In this document: positions 1 to 10,042 of the stretch, in pieces
Layout of the letters: the number at the start of each line of letters is the position of its first letter
Numbering within the stretch: the first letter of the stretch is position 1
NCBI GenBank assembly: GCA_963796685.1
Contig: CAWCMR010000011.1
Span: forward strand, 128,001 to 192,000
Reading direction: 5' to 3'
Length of the DNA: 64,000 nucleotides
From: an uncultured delta proteobacterium
GTDB lineage: Bacteria > Myxococcota_A > Polyangia > Fen-1088
Notes under the pieces: generated by a model
What the model was told of the DNA's origin: nothing
Database searches by the model: none
The model's input: the letters and a program-made list of their open reading frames with translations, nothing else
Made by a program: the position numbers and the translations under genes

Positions 1-186
1 GACGCCGACGGCCTTTTCCTTCACCTGCTTGCAGAACGCCTGCACGACCTCGAACCCGACGTCCGCCTCGAGCAGCGCGGTCCGCACCTCGACCAGCGCT
101 TCGTCCACGGTTTTGTCGTCGAGCTCGGCCAGGCCCTGGAACTTCTGCTTTGCGGACCTGAATCCCTTGGTAAGTGTCTCAAACAT
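1..186 (-). CDS. ffh: Signal recognition particle protein Ffh, N-terminal part (runs off window)
   Basis: Manual translation from ATG at 186: MFETLTKGFRSAKQKFQGLAELDDKTVDEALVEVRTALLEADVGFEVVQAFCKQVKEKAVG, typical SRP54 N-domain (ALLEADV). Not in the ORF track. Confidence 0.9.
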   Translation of the reverse strand, partial: MFETLTKGFRSAKQKFQGLAELDDKTVDEALVEVRTALLEADVGFEVVQAFCKQVKEKAVGV

Positions 187-350
187 CGGGCGCGCAATCT
201 ACCACAGGCCAGCCCAGTCGCAGCCGGCGCGATTGTGGGGACACGATTGGGGCGGTTCCGCGCTGCCTGCGGAGCCGACGAGGCCTCGGCCGCACCGCAC
301 GCGCAGGTCCTGGATTCACGCTTGAAGATGCGACGGCCCAGGCTACCCTG

Positions 351-2474
351 ATGGAAGACATGCCCAGGTGCGGGGAACTGGTACCGGTGGCTCTTTTCTT
401 GCTCGGCCTCTCCGCTTGCTCGAGCCGTGGCGGCAAGCGCGTGGACACGGCCCCCGCGGTCGCGCCTGACGCTACCCCCCTGGCGCGGAGCCTGGTTTTG
501 GCCGAGGAGCCAAGCCTGCCGGGAGCGCCCATTTCCACGTCCAGCCTGCCTTCACCCCTGACCTTCTGCCCGGAGACCATGCCCCTCGACCTTGGCCTGA
601 AGGTCATCGAGAAGACCTATGTATGCGGCGAGTTGCTCCACGCCACGGGGAAGCTTTTGGACCTTTGGCGAGATCCCTGGACCGGGCTGCCCTACGACAG
701 CCTTCCGTGCGGTGGGCCCCACGCGACCAGTCCGACCGGCGCCAACCCGGCCTGGGGCGTGCTTCCGCAGCTGGCCTTTTCCGACCTTTCAGCGTTCGCC
801 GAGGACGCAACCCGGACGAGCACGACGGTCGACTGGGAATTCGTGGATCGGGCGCCCGACGGCACCCTTCCCAGCCTGCTGTGGGCTTTGAGCATTACCC
901 TGCGCCTCGATCATGGCGGCAAGTCCGGGGCGCAGAATCTGTTCGGCGGCCTCATGTGGCAGGCCAAGGCCGACGTCAGCCGCTATGCCCAGGTTCGCAT
1001 CCGCTACCGCACCTCGGCGGTCGCGTCGGCCTGGCAGCTCAAGCTCAATTCCGGGACCGCCCGCGCGGTCGAGCCCGCGGTCATCCTTCCCGGCTCGACG
1101 GCCTGGACCGATCGGACCTTCTCCATGGCCACAGACTTTCCAGGCACGGACGCGTCCCATCTCAATTACCTCACCTTCGCGTCGTCCTTCGCGGCCAGCG
1201 GCGCGAATCCGACCCTCTGGATCGACCAGGTCAGCTTCGTGGCCGATCCGTCGCGGCTGGCCGACTGCAAGGTCTCGTGCCCAGCCCCGTTGCCGGCCTA
1301 TCCCGATCTCGCCTGCTTCGAGCCGCAGACCGGGGCGGTCGACATCGCCAATGCCCTGACCTTCCTGAGCGCGGCCTCCGCGGCCGAGTTGCTGGATGAC
1401 GCGACAGCCAAGGCGGGCGCAACCCGCATCCTCGAAAGCCTGGAGTCCTTTCCGGGAGCCCTTCCCGGAGCACGCGCCGATGGCCAGGCCTACGCCGGTG
1501 GGGGATGGTTCCAGGATTGGCACTCGCCGGTGTCTTTGATGCCGAATCCCCGCAACCGAGTGGCGAGCCTGGCCGCCGAGTCCCAACTCGTCGCGGCTCT
1601 GATGGTAGTGGAGACCACGTGGCCGGACCTGGCCGCGCGCGCCACGGCCCAACGCAAAAGGGTGGACCTCTCGGTGCTCTACGACGGTCGTTCTGGTTGT
1701 CCAGGATTGCTGCTGCCCGGCTTGGACCGCTGTGGAGGCCTCGAAACGGATGGGCAAGTGGAGCGCTTCGGCACGGACCATCTCCTGGGCGCGTTCTTGG
1801 CCGAGGCTACCGGCGCGACGCCCCTTTGCTTCTGGACGAGCGGGCTGTCGCGTCGCGGTTGCGCGCTGGCAGGACCGAAGGAGGCGCCTTGGTACGATGC
1901 CGGCGGCCTCTGCGCCAACGCCGCCATCCCGGCCAGCGACGGCGGCGGACCTCGTTTGCAGCTCGCGGGGCTGCTTTATCTTGCGAGCGACCAGATCTCC
2001 ATGGGACCGCTTTCGCTGGAGGCGTCCGCGCGGCACATGCTGCACGCGCAGTATCGATTCGCCCTCGAGAACAACCTGGCCTTGGCGGGATGGTCCGACG
2101 CCTCCGACCCCGACGCTTGCGCCACCCTGTCGTGCTCCGGATTCGCGCCGGACAAGGTCACGCCTTACATCTCAGGCATGGCGGCCTCGGATTCGTTTCC
2201 CGAGGCCTACCACATGCTGCGCGCCTTCCACCTCCTGGGCGCGGACGCGTGCCTCGACACCGGCACCGATGGCATTCCCCTGGGTTTGCACGATGGTTTC
2301 GATCAAGCCGGCGCCCGCGCCCGCGACAGCTACCGCTATCTCGATGCGGGCTGGACCGAGCTTGGCCTCCTCAATGCGTGCAAGGACAACCTGGTTCGGC
2401 GGCGTTTCAGCCAACATCCGGTGGCCAAAGCGGGCTACGGGCGCTTGCAGTCCGGCGTCCTGCCGTGTCCGTAG
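351..2474 (+). CDS. Lipoprotein with carbohydrate-binding module inserted in a glycoamylase/GH144-like alpha/alpha-barrel
   Basis: Lipobox LSAC. DPWTGLPYD, GWFQDW and W..G.SDA motifs resemble DUF3131/Glycoamylase-type proteins. Internal beta-sandwich ending LWIDQVSF is CBM11-like. Confidence 0.5.
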   Translation: MEDMPRCGELVPVALFLLGLSACSSRGGKRVDTAPAVAPDATPLARSLVLAEEPSLPGAPISTSSLPSPLTFCPETMPLDLGLKVIEKTYVCGELLHATGKLLDLWRDPWTGLPYDSLPCGGPHATSPTGANPAWGVLPQLAFSDLSAFAEDATRTSTTVDWEFVDRAPDGTLPSLLWALSITLRLDHGGKSGAQNLFGGLMWQAKADVSRYAQVRIRYRTSAVASAWQLKLNSGTARAVEPAVILPGSTAWTDRTFSMATDFPGTDASHLNYLTFASSFAASGANPTLWIDQVSFVADPSRLADCKVSCPAPLPAYPDLACFEPQTGAVDIANALTFLSAASAAELLDDATAKAGATRILESLESFPGALPGARADGQAYAGGGWFQDWHSPVSLMPNPRNRVASLAAESQLVAALMVVETTWPDLAARATAQRKRVDLSVLYDGRSGCPGLLLPGLDRCGGLETDGQVERFGTDHLLGAFLAEATGATPLCFWTSGLSRRGCALAGPKEAPWYDAGGLCANAAIPASDGGGPRLQLAGLLYLASDQISMGPLSLEASARHMLHAQYRFALENNLALAGWSDASDPDACATLSCSGFAPDKVTPYISGMAASDSFPEAYHMLRAFHLLGADACLDTGTDGIPLGLHDGFDQAGARARDSYRYLDAGWTELGLLNACKDNLVRRRFSQHPVAKAGYGRLQSGVLPCP

Positions 2475-2698
2475 CTGAGTCCGTAGCTGCCCAGGGCACC
2501 GGCAGGTCGGGAGGTGAGCTGAAGTGCGGGCTCCATTCTGGAACCTCTCGATTGTGCCCGTAGGTCTCAATTTTCAGTAAACTCCTGCGTGGCTCGCGGC
2601 ACTAAGAGTACGAAGGAGAAGCAGCCTTGGACCTTGTCGCGCACCAGTTCTCCACCCACTTCACCCATGCGAAGATCATCGGTATATATTCCGTGGTC

Positions 2699-3919
2699 AT
2701 GCGCTCCTCGGTTTCCTCGTTGACCGGGTCAAGCTGTGAGCGCGAGAGGGGGCTTGGGGTTGCCTTCCTGCTGCCCATCCTGGTCGCATCAGCCATGGGG
2801 TGCGGACGCATTCCAGGTTTGCTGGATCCGGCGAGACAAGCGCCGACGGACTCGTCCGACCATGGTGACCGTCGCGGAGACGGCGGCCTGGACGCTCCCA
2901 AGACAACCGATACCGCGGCCGGCAGTGGGGGAGCCGCGCGAGATACGAGAGCGGACGGCGCGGGCGGGGTGGTCGGCGCGGGTGGAGCCGCAGGCGCGAC
3001 AACCAGCTGCAGCGGGGTGGTGGCGACGACGGCCACCCGCCAACCTGCCGACGTCCTTCTCGTGCTCGATCGCTCGGGATCGATGAACTACCGAATCGAC
3101 GAAGAGTGCTCCTGCGATCCGACGAGCAACCCGAAAGTCATTTGTGCCGACACGGTGAATTGCCAGACACGTTGGGCAAGCCTGGTGGCAGCGCTCGACA
3201 GCGGACTATCCTCCACGCCATTTCTGCGTTGGGGGCTCAAGCTCTTCTCTTCGCCCAACGGGGGCTCGTGCGATGTCACGAGCAGCATCGAGGTACCCTT
3301 CGGAGACGGCGCAACCAGCGCGATCCAAACCCTGATCGCCACCATTACGCCCGCGGGCGACACGCCGACAGCGGCCGCCATTGCCACGGCGACCGGCTAT
3401 CTCAAAACCCAAACCGACCCTAACAACAAGGTGATTTTGCTCGCCACCGATGGAAAGCCCAACTGTGGAGGGCCCGAGCCGTCCGTCTATGACGAGGACG
3501 TGGCAGGGACCATCGACGCCATCACGGCAGCCATCAACGCAGGATTCCTGGTCTATGTCGTCGGCATAGGCACGGGCACGAGCGCGGACAACTTGGACAG
3601 CTTTGCTCAGGCGGGGGGAACCCAGAATCACTATTCTGCCCAATCGCCGAGTGATCTCACCTTGGCGTTGGATGCAATCAGCAAGGCGGCGACCTGTACC
3701 TACGCGCTCGTCCCGGTGCCGCCCGCCCCCAGTAAGGTCGGGGTCTACCTCGACAAGGACATGGTTCCCCAAGACGCCAGCAACGGTTGGACCTTCGGCG
3801 CGAGCTCGCAGACGGTGATCTTGCACGGCACCTTCTGCGACCAGGCGCTCGACGAGTCGCCCGGTGCTGTCCAAGCCCTCTTCGCCTGCGACGCGCCCCT
3901 GCCAGTGAGTCTACCGTAG
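2699..3919 (+). CDS. Myxobacterial VWA-domain lipoprotein
   Basis: MIDAS motif LDRSGSM, TPT and LATDG motifs, Cys-rich C-terminus. Start codon uncertain. Confidence 0.8.
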   Translation: MRSSVSSLTGSSCERERGLGVAFLLPILVASAMGCGRIPGLLDPARQAPTDSSDHGDRRGDGGLDAPKTTDTAAGSGGAARDTRADGAGGVVGAGGAAGATTSCSGVVATTATRQPADVLLVLDRSGSMNYRIDEECSCDPTSNPKVICADTVNCQTRWASLVAALDSGLSSTPFLRWGLKLFSSPNGGSCDVTSSIEVPFGDGATSAIQTLIATITPAGDTPTAAAIATATGYLKTQTDPNNKVILLATDGKPNCGGPEPSVYDEDVAGTIDAITAAINAGFLVYVVGIGTGTSADNLDSFAQAGGTQNHYSAQSPSDLTLALDAISKAATCTYALVPVPPAPSKVGVYLDKDMVPQDASNGWTFGASSQTVILHGTFCDQALDESPGAVQALFACDAPLPVSLP

Positions 3920-4076
3920 TCGTGAAGCCCCCGGCCCTGGTTGTCCCACAGGAACGACCAGGGCCTCGCACCATCAGCCGATCGGGGCGCGTGGTACGAC
4001 GGGCCGATACGGGACCGGTTGTTCGACGGCCCCACCGCGCCTTCGCGACCTTGCGCAGCCGCTGCGTTCGTCGTAG

Positions 4077-4090
4077 TCTTACCGGTAGGA
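4077..4090. promoter_or_regulatory. Probable TA autoregulatory operator palindrome
   Basis: TCTTACC-GGTAGGA near-perfect inverted repeat just upstream of the AbrB-type antitoxin start. Confidence 0.45.
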
Positions 4091-4098
4091 GTATTACC

Positions 4099-4332
4099 AT
4101 GCGGGTCACGTCGAAAGGCCAAGTGACAATCCCGATCGCGGTCCGCGATAGGCTCGGCATCTTGCCGCATACCGAAGTCGACTTCGAGGTGCACGGGAAT
4201 ACCGTGCGACTTGTGAAGGCCGCCGCGAGAGGTGCGACCGGCAGAGGGGCCAGCGTCGTGGCGCGGCTGCGGGGCAGTGCAGAGGTGAAGATGAGCACCG
4301 ACGATATTCTCGCACTGACGCGGCAGCCCTGA
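4099..4332 (+). CDS. AbrB/MazE/SpoVT-family antitoxin
   Basis: MRVTSKGQVTIPIAVRDRLGI signature. Stop overlaps toxin start (TGATG). Confidence 0.9.
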   Translation: MRVTSKGQVTIPIAVRDRLGILPHTEVDFEVHGNTVRLVKAAARGATGRGASVVARLRGSAEVKMSTDDILALTRQP

Positions 4333-4739
4333 TGAAGCCCACGCTGGTGGACAGCAACATCCTTCTCGATGTTGCGACAGGCGACCCGACCTGGGCGGAC
4401 TGGTCATCACAAGCCCTCGAAGCAGCGGCGAACGAGTCGCCTTTGGTGATCAACGCGCTCATCTACGCGGAGGTGTCGATCGGCTACGAAAGGATCGAGC
4501 AACTCGAGCAGGCGATTCCCAGTAACACCTTTCGGAGGGAACCACTGCCCTATGAGGCGGCCTTTTTGGCAGGCAAGGCGTTCCTGAAGTATCGTCGTCG
4601 CGGCGGCCAGCGAACGTCCCCGCTGCCGGACTTCTACATCGGCGCGCACGCCGCGGTTTCGAGCTTCCGCATCTTGACGAGGGACCCTCGGCGGTATCGG
4701 ACGTACTTCCCGACCGTGGACGTCATCTCACCCAAGTAG
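4332..4739 (+). CDS. vapC: VapC-family PIN-domain toxin
   Basis: LVDSNILLD, YAE, LPDFYIGAHA and LTRD PIN motifs. Paired with the antitoxin. Confidence 0.9.
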   Translation: MKPTLVDSNILLDVATGDPTWADWSSQALEAAANESPLVINALIYAEVSIGYERIEQLEQAIPSNTFRREPLPYEAAFLAGKAFLKYRRRGGQRTSPLPDFYIGAHAAVSSFRILTRDPRRYRTYFPTVDVISPK

Positions 4740-4826
4740 GCCCGTCGAACGGCTTGCCGTTCACCGGGGCAGAGGGCAAGGTCGCATGTCGGACACGCCC
4801 GACGAACTGCTGCACTATGCGGAGGG

Positions 4827-5918
4827 TCAGGTCCCTTGCTTCTTGCTTTGCCACCACGCGATCCAGCGCTGGCGCGCCTCTTCGCGGTCGCGCTCGGGAA
4901 GGTCGTAGTGGTAGCCGAAGTACTCGCCGGAGATCTCGTACAGCTCGTTGGAGGCGAGCAGGCGCAGCTCGGGATCGCGGCTGGCCAGGGCTTCGAGAAG
5001 CCATTCCGTGCGCGAGAGGCTTCCCATCTTGGCCCACCAATCCTGCCAGCGTTTGGCCTTCATGCCCACGTCCTCGCAGCTCAGGGCCACCAGCGCGGCG
5101 TGCGCCGCCGTCGCGATGCCGAGATCCTCGGCCTCCAGGATTTCGGCGATGGCGGGAACAGCGTTCTTGTCGCGCAATTCGGCCAGGGCGCGTAGCGCAC
5201 CCGTGGCGACGACGGCGTCGCCTGTTTCCGCCTTCCTCTCCAGGGCGCGCCGAAAGGCGATCACGCGCGGGTCGTGAAGGCGTCGGGATAGGCGTCGCAG
5301 GGCCGTCCGTCGCGCGCTCTCGTTGCCCAGGCGCGCGGCGGCCAGCAGGGTCTCCACCGGATCGACCCCTCCCGCCATGACCGGCGTGGGCGTGCGCATG
5401 TCGCGCGCACTGTCGCCGGCCACGGCGCGCGCTTTGTCGGTGCCGACCAGCTTCGCCAGCAGGGACAGATAGCGCGGCGGCATGGGTACGTCGTACAGGG
5501 CGTGCACGTGGGCGCGAAAGCGCACCTCGCACACCAGAGCCGGCTCGATGAGCAGCATGCGCTCCGCGGCCCAGGCCACCAACGCGTCGTGATCGTGCTC
5601 CGGCCGGACCAACACATCGAGCACATCGCCTTGCTTGGTCCGGGGTACGGCGCCCAGCTTCTGCGCCGTGGCGCCATCCATCCATGCACTCGCTGCCCGA
5701 TCCGGTCTCGCTGCGAGCATGCCCGGGGACGCCAGCGGGATCCCGATGAGCTCGGCCAGGTGACTGGTCAGCGTCTCCTCGTCGGTGGCGCGCAACTCCA
5801 GCAGTGCGCTGTCGAGGCCGCCGCCGTAGAGTTTCTTGCGCTGCTCTGCCTGCGCCGCAGCGTCGCGCGTGATCACTCCGCGGCGAACGAGGGCCTGGGC
5901 GATTTCGGACAGGGGCAT
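4827..5918 (-). CDS. MshEN/GSPII-N-like domain plus HEAT-repeat protein
   Basis: N-terminal LVRRGVIT...AEQRKKLYGGGLDSALLE. C-terminal HEAT-like helices with W..WW motifs. Confidence 0.6.
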   Translation of the reverse strand: MPLSEIAQALVRRGVITRDAAAQAEQRKKLYGGGLDSALLELRATDEETLTSHLAELIGIPLASPGMLAARPDRAASAWMDGATAQKLGAVPRTKQGDVLDVLVRPEHDHDALVAWAAERMLLIEPALVCEVRFRAHVHALYDVPMPPRYLSLLAKLVGTDKARAVAGDSARDMRTPTPVMAGGVDPVETLLAAARLGNESARRTALRRLSRRLHDPRVIAFRRALERKAETGDAVVATGALRALAELRDKNAVPAIAEILEAEDLGIATAAHAALVALSCEDVGMKAKRWQDWWAKMGSLSRTEWLLEALASRDPELRLLASNELYEISGEYFGYHYDLPERDREEARQRWIAWWQSKKQGT

Positions 5919-5943
5919 GGCGGCTGATCCCGGCGCATCGCCG

Positions 5944-6528
5944 TCATCGTTCGTCGAGGATGACGTAGGTGCCCGACAGGTGGTCGTGCAGGGCGCGGCG
6001 TTCGCGATCGAAAATGCACCACAGGAAACCCAGGCCGGCCAGGCCCAGCGAGAGCACCATGGCGAGGAAGCGCACACAGGCGACGAGCGGTCCCGGGGCT
6101 TGCCCGCGCGAGGAAATCACGCGCAAACCGAGCAGCCGCTTGCCCGGCGTCTGGCCGAGGACGCCACCCAAGTAGATTTGGTAGAGCGCGCTCAATCCGA
6201 AGAGCAGGCCGACCGCGCCCGCGGCCATGGGGTTGCGATCGAGCAGGCCCGCCATGACGAAGTCGGGACCGAATTCCTTGGCCGTGGGCAAGTGAACGCC
6301 GAGCACGAGCGCCGCACCCACCGTCACCGCCACCGCAATCGTCAGGACGAGCGTCAGGTCGACGAGGGAAGCCAGCAAGCGCCGCGGAAATCCCGCGGCT
6401 CGCACGCGCAGCACCTGCGTTTCTCGGCTGTGCATCTTGGCGCCACTCGATACCGCCCGCACGGGAACGCCCGTTCCCACGGATTCGCTCTGGATTCCCG
6501 TCTCGACGACGGCCGCGTAGCTAGTCAC
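5944..6528 (-). CDS. RDD-family membrane protein
   Basis: AGFPRRLLASLVD, GQTPGKRLLGLRV and LHDHLSGTYV motifs. Confidence 0.9.
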   Translation of the reverse strand: MTSYAAVVETGIQSESVGTGVPVRAVSSGAKMHSRETQVLRVRAAGFPRRLLASLVDLTLVLTIAVAVTVGAALVLGVHLPTAKEFGPDFVMAGLLDRNPMAAGAVGLLFGLSALYQIYLGGVLGQTPGKRLLGLRVISSRGQAPGPLVACVRFLAMVLSLGLAGLGFLWCIFDRERRALHDHLSGTYVILDER

Positions 6529-6593
6529 CTGCCCATTTTGCGAAGGCCGGCCTCCGGCCGCAAGTTTATTGGTTCATTGTCTTGGAAACCCAG

Positions 6594-7316
6594 CTAATCC
6601 AGCCCGCCGGCAGCGGCCTGGGCCAGGGCCACGGCCACCATGGCGGCCGTCTCCGCGCGCAAGATACGCGGGCCGATGGAAACGGGCAGGAAACCAGCCT
6701 CGACGGCAACGCCCACCTCGGCATGGGAAAATCCGCCCTCGGGTCCGACGAGCAGCACGGCCCTTTTCGGGCCGCCAGCGAGCGCGGCGCGGAAAGGTCG
6801 GGTTCTCTCGCCTTCCCACAGCATGAAGCGGTCGCCTTCCGTGCTCGCGACCTTCGCCAGGGCAGGGGCCAAGGCGAGGCAATCGAGGATCTCGGGAACA
6901 TCGGCGCGGCCGCACTGCCGGGCCGCTTCTTCGGCGATGGTGCGCCAGCGCTGGCTGCGGTTGGCCGGCGGGTTGACCATGCCGTACTCGGAAAGCACGG
7001 GCACGATGCGCGCCACCCCAAGCTCGGTGGTCTTTTGCACGATGAAATCCATGCGCTCGCCCCGCGGCAGCGATTGCAGCAAGGTGATGGCGCAGGCGGG
7101 CCCGGGAACCTGAAAACGCTCGCCGAGGGAAATCTCGACCGACGCCTTGCCCACGGCTTCGATGCGCGCCTCGATGACGGTCCCTGTACCATCGAAGACC
7201 TGGAGCGCCGCCCCGGGCGCGAGGCGCAGCACCTTGATCAAGTGGCGGTGGGCGGCATCGTCGATGGTGGCGCGGGCGCCTTGCAGCTTCTCCGGGGTGA
7301 CGTAGAGGCGAACCAT
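6594..7316 (-). CDS. rsmE: 16S rRNA m3U1498 methyltransferase RsmE
   Basis: HLIKVLR, QKTTELGV, EAARQCGR, VGPEGGF and RILRAETAA motifs. Confidence 0.95.
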   Translation of the reverse strand: MVRLYVTPEKLQGARATIDDAAHRHLIKVLRLAPGAALQVFDGTGTVIEARIEAVGKASVEISLGERFQVPGPACAITLLQSLPRGERMDFIVQKTTELGVARIVPVLSEYGMVNPPANRSQRWRTIAEEAARQCGRADVPEILDCLALAPALAKVASTEGDRFMLWEGERTRPFRAALAGGPKRAVLLVGPEGGFSHAEVGVAVEAGFLPVSIGPRILRAETAAMVAVALAQAAAGGLD

Positions 7317-7323
7317 GCTCGCT

Positions 7324-8253
7324 CTAACCTGCGCTTGCCCTGCCGAGCAGCAGGCCGGTCCACTCGCCTTCGTTTTGCCGCGCGTCCAAGGCCAAGCCGG
7401 TGGCAGCGTAGGCGGCCAGGACCTCGTCCGCCTGCTCGCACAGAATGCCGGAGAGGATGACGCGGCCGCGGGATGCCAGCTTGGCCGCCATGGCGGGCGC
7501 CAAGTCGCACAGCACGTCGGCCTGGATATTGGCCAAGATGACATCGAAGCTTGCCTCGGCCTTGTCCAGCGTGCCGGTCGTCAGGGCGACGGTGGTCACG
7601 TGGTTGCGCTCGAAGTTCTCCTGGCTGCACTCGGTGGCTTCGGGGTCGTTGTCGATGGCCAGCCCGGCTGCCTCGGGCCACAGCCGCGTGGCCACGATGG
7701 ACAGGATTCCCGAGCCACAGCCGAGATCGAGAAAGCGCGCGATGCGGGGAACGGCCTCGTTGACCTTTTCGGCCAAGGCGATGGCCAACCTCGTCGAGGG
7801 ATGGGCGCCCGTGCCGAACGCCCGCCCCGGATCCAAGTCGATGACGAGCTCGCCCGCAGGGGCCGGACCGGGATCCCAACTCGGACGAACCGTGAAGCGG
7901 CGGCCGACACGCGTGGCGCGAAAAAACTGCTTCCAAACGTCCCGCCACTCGCTTTCGTCGGCCTGGCGCTCGCGGACGACCACCGGATCGACGGACAGGC
8001 CCGACGCGCGCGCGGTGGCCAGCGCATCGTGCGCGCTGGCCAGCACGAGCTCGCGATCCTCGGGCTTGCACAGCGCAATCACGGCGGTGCGGCCGGGCGC
8101 AACGGAAAGCAGGGTTCCGGCATCGCGCAGCTCCACGCCTCCGACCAGGGGCCCGACCTCGGCCGCCAGCACCTCGGCGGCCTCGGCCTGCGTCTCGAGC
8201 TGGATTTCGATCCAGTACCGCTGCCGGGTCGATGGCTCGGATCCTTCAGACAT
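7324..8253 (-). CDS. prmA: Ribosomal protein L11 methyltransferase PrmA
   Basis: DPGRAFGTGAHPSTRL, LDLGCGSGILS and ANI motifs. Adjacent to rsmE. Confidence 0.95.
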   Translation of the reverse strand: MSEGSEPSTRQRYWIEIQLETQAEAAEVLAAEVGPLVGGVELRDAGTLLSVAPGRTAVIALCKPEDRELVLASAHDALATARASGLSVDPVVVRERQADESEWRDVWKQFFRATRVGRRFTVRPSWDPGPAPAGELVIDLDPGRAFGTGAHPSTRLAIALAEKVNEAVPRIARFLDLGCGSGILSIVATRLWPEAAGLAIDNDPEATECSQENFERNHVTTVALTTGTLDKAEASFDVILANIQADVLCDLAPAMAAKLASRGRVILSGILCEQADEVLAAYAATGLALDARQNEGEWTGLLLGRASAG

Positions 8254-8339
8254 GAAACGTGACGGCCCCTCACCCGCTTCGCTGCGCTCAGCGACCTCTC
8301 CCCGCTTCGCTCCGCTGCGCGGGGCGAGGCGGGTGAGGG
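8231..8339. repeat. REP-like palindromic repeat, family A (CCCCTCACCC...CCTCTCCCCG...GGGGCGAGG)
   Basis: Homologous to 41383-41472 and, inverted, to 28428-28486. Confidence 0.75.
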
Positions 8340-8347
8340 TCAGACGG

Positions 8348-8563
8348 TCAGCGGATCACGCGCCTCTTGGCCTCGCGCCTACGCCGCTTGCGCGCCTCGC
8401 GGATCTTTCGCTTGCGCTTGACCGAAGGCTTCTCGTGGTACCTGCGGCGCTTGATCTCCTGCAGGATGCCCTCTTTCGACATCTTCTGCTTCAGGATCTT
8501 CATCGCTTTTTCGATGGAATCCCGAACTTCTACTTCGAGGGGGCGTCCGAGCAGTGTCTCCAA
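8348..8563 (-). CDS. rpsU: 30S ribosomal protein S21
   Basis: IEKAMKILK...EGILQEIKRRRYHEKPSVKRKRK. Likely TTG start preceded by GGAGGA. Confidence 0.9.
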   Translation of the reverse strand: METLLGRPLEVEVRDSIEKAMKILKQKMSKEGILQEIKRRRYHEKPSVKRKRKIREARKRRRREAKRRVIR

Positions 8564-8800
8564 GCAATCCTCCAGGTGGGGCGGTCGAATTTGTGAAGGG
8601 TGAGTATTAACCACTAGAGATGCTCTCGGTCAAGGCTCGTCTAGCGGGGACGGCGCGTTAGCGAAAAACTTTACCGTATCGCAGATTACCAAAAAAAATG
8701 TTTACCTTTTCACTTTTGCATCGTATTCCAATAAGCAAGCAGGTTGTGAGAGAGCCTCGCGTACAGCGTTCTGTAGGACAGTTCGGAAGGAGAAGCGCCA

Positions 8801-8983
8801 ATGATGGGGGCAAAGGTATTTACGGCTACCAAGGCGAAGGATCGCGATGAGCTCGGGGAGGTTCTGACACGGTGGATTCACGACAATCCCAAGGCTCGGA
8901 TCATCGACAAGGTCGTGACCCAGAGCTCGGATCGAGAGTTCCATTGTCTCAGCATCACCATCTTCTACGAGATGCAGCCCTAG
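8801..8983 (+). CDS. Small conserved hypothetical protein (Cse60-like alpha/beta)
   Basis: GGAG RBS. KVFTATKAKDRDELGE...VVTQSSDREFHCLSITIFY resembles a recurrent myxobacterial small protein (from recall). Confidence 0.7.
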   Translation: MMGAKVFTATKAKDRDELGEVLTRWIHDNPKARIIDKVVTQSSDREFHCLSITIFYEMQP

Positions 8984-9143
8984 CCAGGTCGGCGGCAGGT
9001 CGATAGTTTCCTGAGGTAAGCAACGGGCAGCACCGTGCCGGACGGTGCTGCCGGTGGCGTGGTGCTCTCTGTGGCGGTGTCACGGCGGATGGCTTCACCG
9101 TCGTAGGTGCGGTTGCACACGCGTCCATGCCATACTCACGCCG

Positions 9144-9998
9144 ATGCGATTCGGTTTCCTGGTCAGGCAGGGCAATCCCGAGGCCGAGAGTCTCGCGGCC
9201 GGATTGGCGAATCTGCTCGACGGGCAAGGCGCGCAGGTCCTGTTCGTCTCGGACCACGGGCAGGGTGCGCCGGCCGGTTATCCATCCGTGCCGGGCGCGG
9301 ACATCGGGGCGCGCATTGACGCCATGGTCGCGCTTGGTGGCGACGGTACCTTCCTCTACGGTGCCAAGCTGGTCGCCGACCACGATGTCCCGTTGCTCGG
9401 CCTCAACCTGGGCAGCCTGGGATTCCTCACCCCCTATGCCATCAGCGAGGCCAGCGCCGCTCTCGTCGCGGCCGCCCAGGGGCGCCTACCGGTCGAAGAG
9501 CGCATGCGCCTGCTCGTCACCTTGCACGCCAAGGACAAACCCGCCGAGAGTCAGAGCGCGCTCAACGAAGCCGTCATCAACCAGCGCGAGGTCGCGCGCT
9601 TGATGGATCTCCTGGCCACCACCAACGGCGACACCATCACGACCTACAAGGCCGACGGGCTCATCCTTTGCACCCCCACCGGATCGACCGCCTACAACCT
9701 CTCGGCGGGTGGCCCCATCTTGAGCCCCGATCTCGAGGCCATCATGCTCACGCCCATCTGTCCCCACACCTTGTCCAACCGGCCGCTGGTGGTGCGCGCG
9801 GACATGGGCGTCACGGTGACCAATGTCTCGCGCTACCAGGGCGTGCTGACCGTCGACGGACACTGGAGCCGCGAGGTGATGCCCGGCGATGTGGTCGAGG
9901 TTCGCAAGATGGAGCGGCGCCTGCGGGTGTTTCGCCCCGGCCATTCCTTCTTCAAGATCCTGCGCCAGAAGCTTTCGTGGGGAGAGCGCAAGGCCTGA
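9144..9998 (+). CDS. nadK: NAD(+) kinase
   Basis: [38 protein letters not shown] and PICPHTL motifs. Upstream of recN. Confidence 0.95.
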   Translation: MRFGFLVRQGNPEAESLAAGLANLLDGQGAQVLFVSDHGQGAPAGYPSVPGADIGARIDAMVALGGDGTFLYGAKLVADHDVPLLGLNLGSLGFLTPYAISEASAALVAAAQGRLPVEERMRLLVTLHAKDKPAESQSALNEAVINQREVARLMDLLATTNGDTITTYKADGLILCTPTGSTAYNLSAGGPILSPDLEAIMLTPICPHTLSNRPLVVRADMGVTVTNVSRYQGVLTVDGHWSREVMPGDVVEVRKMERRLRVFRPGHSFFKILRQKLSWGERKA

Positions 9999-10042
9999 CC
10001 CGAGCGCGCAACTTCAACCGCCCCCTTGCCGACAAAGACACC

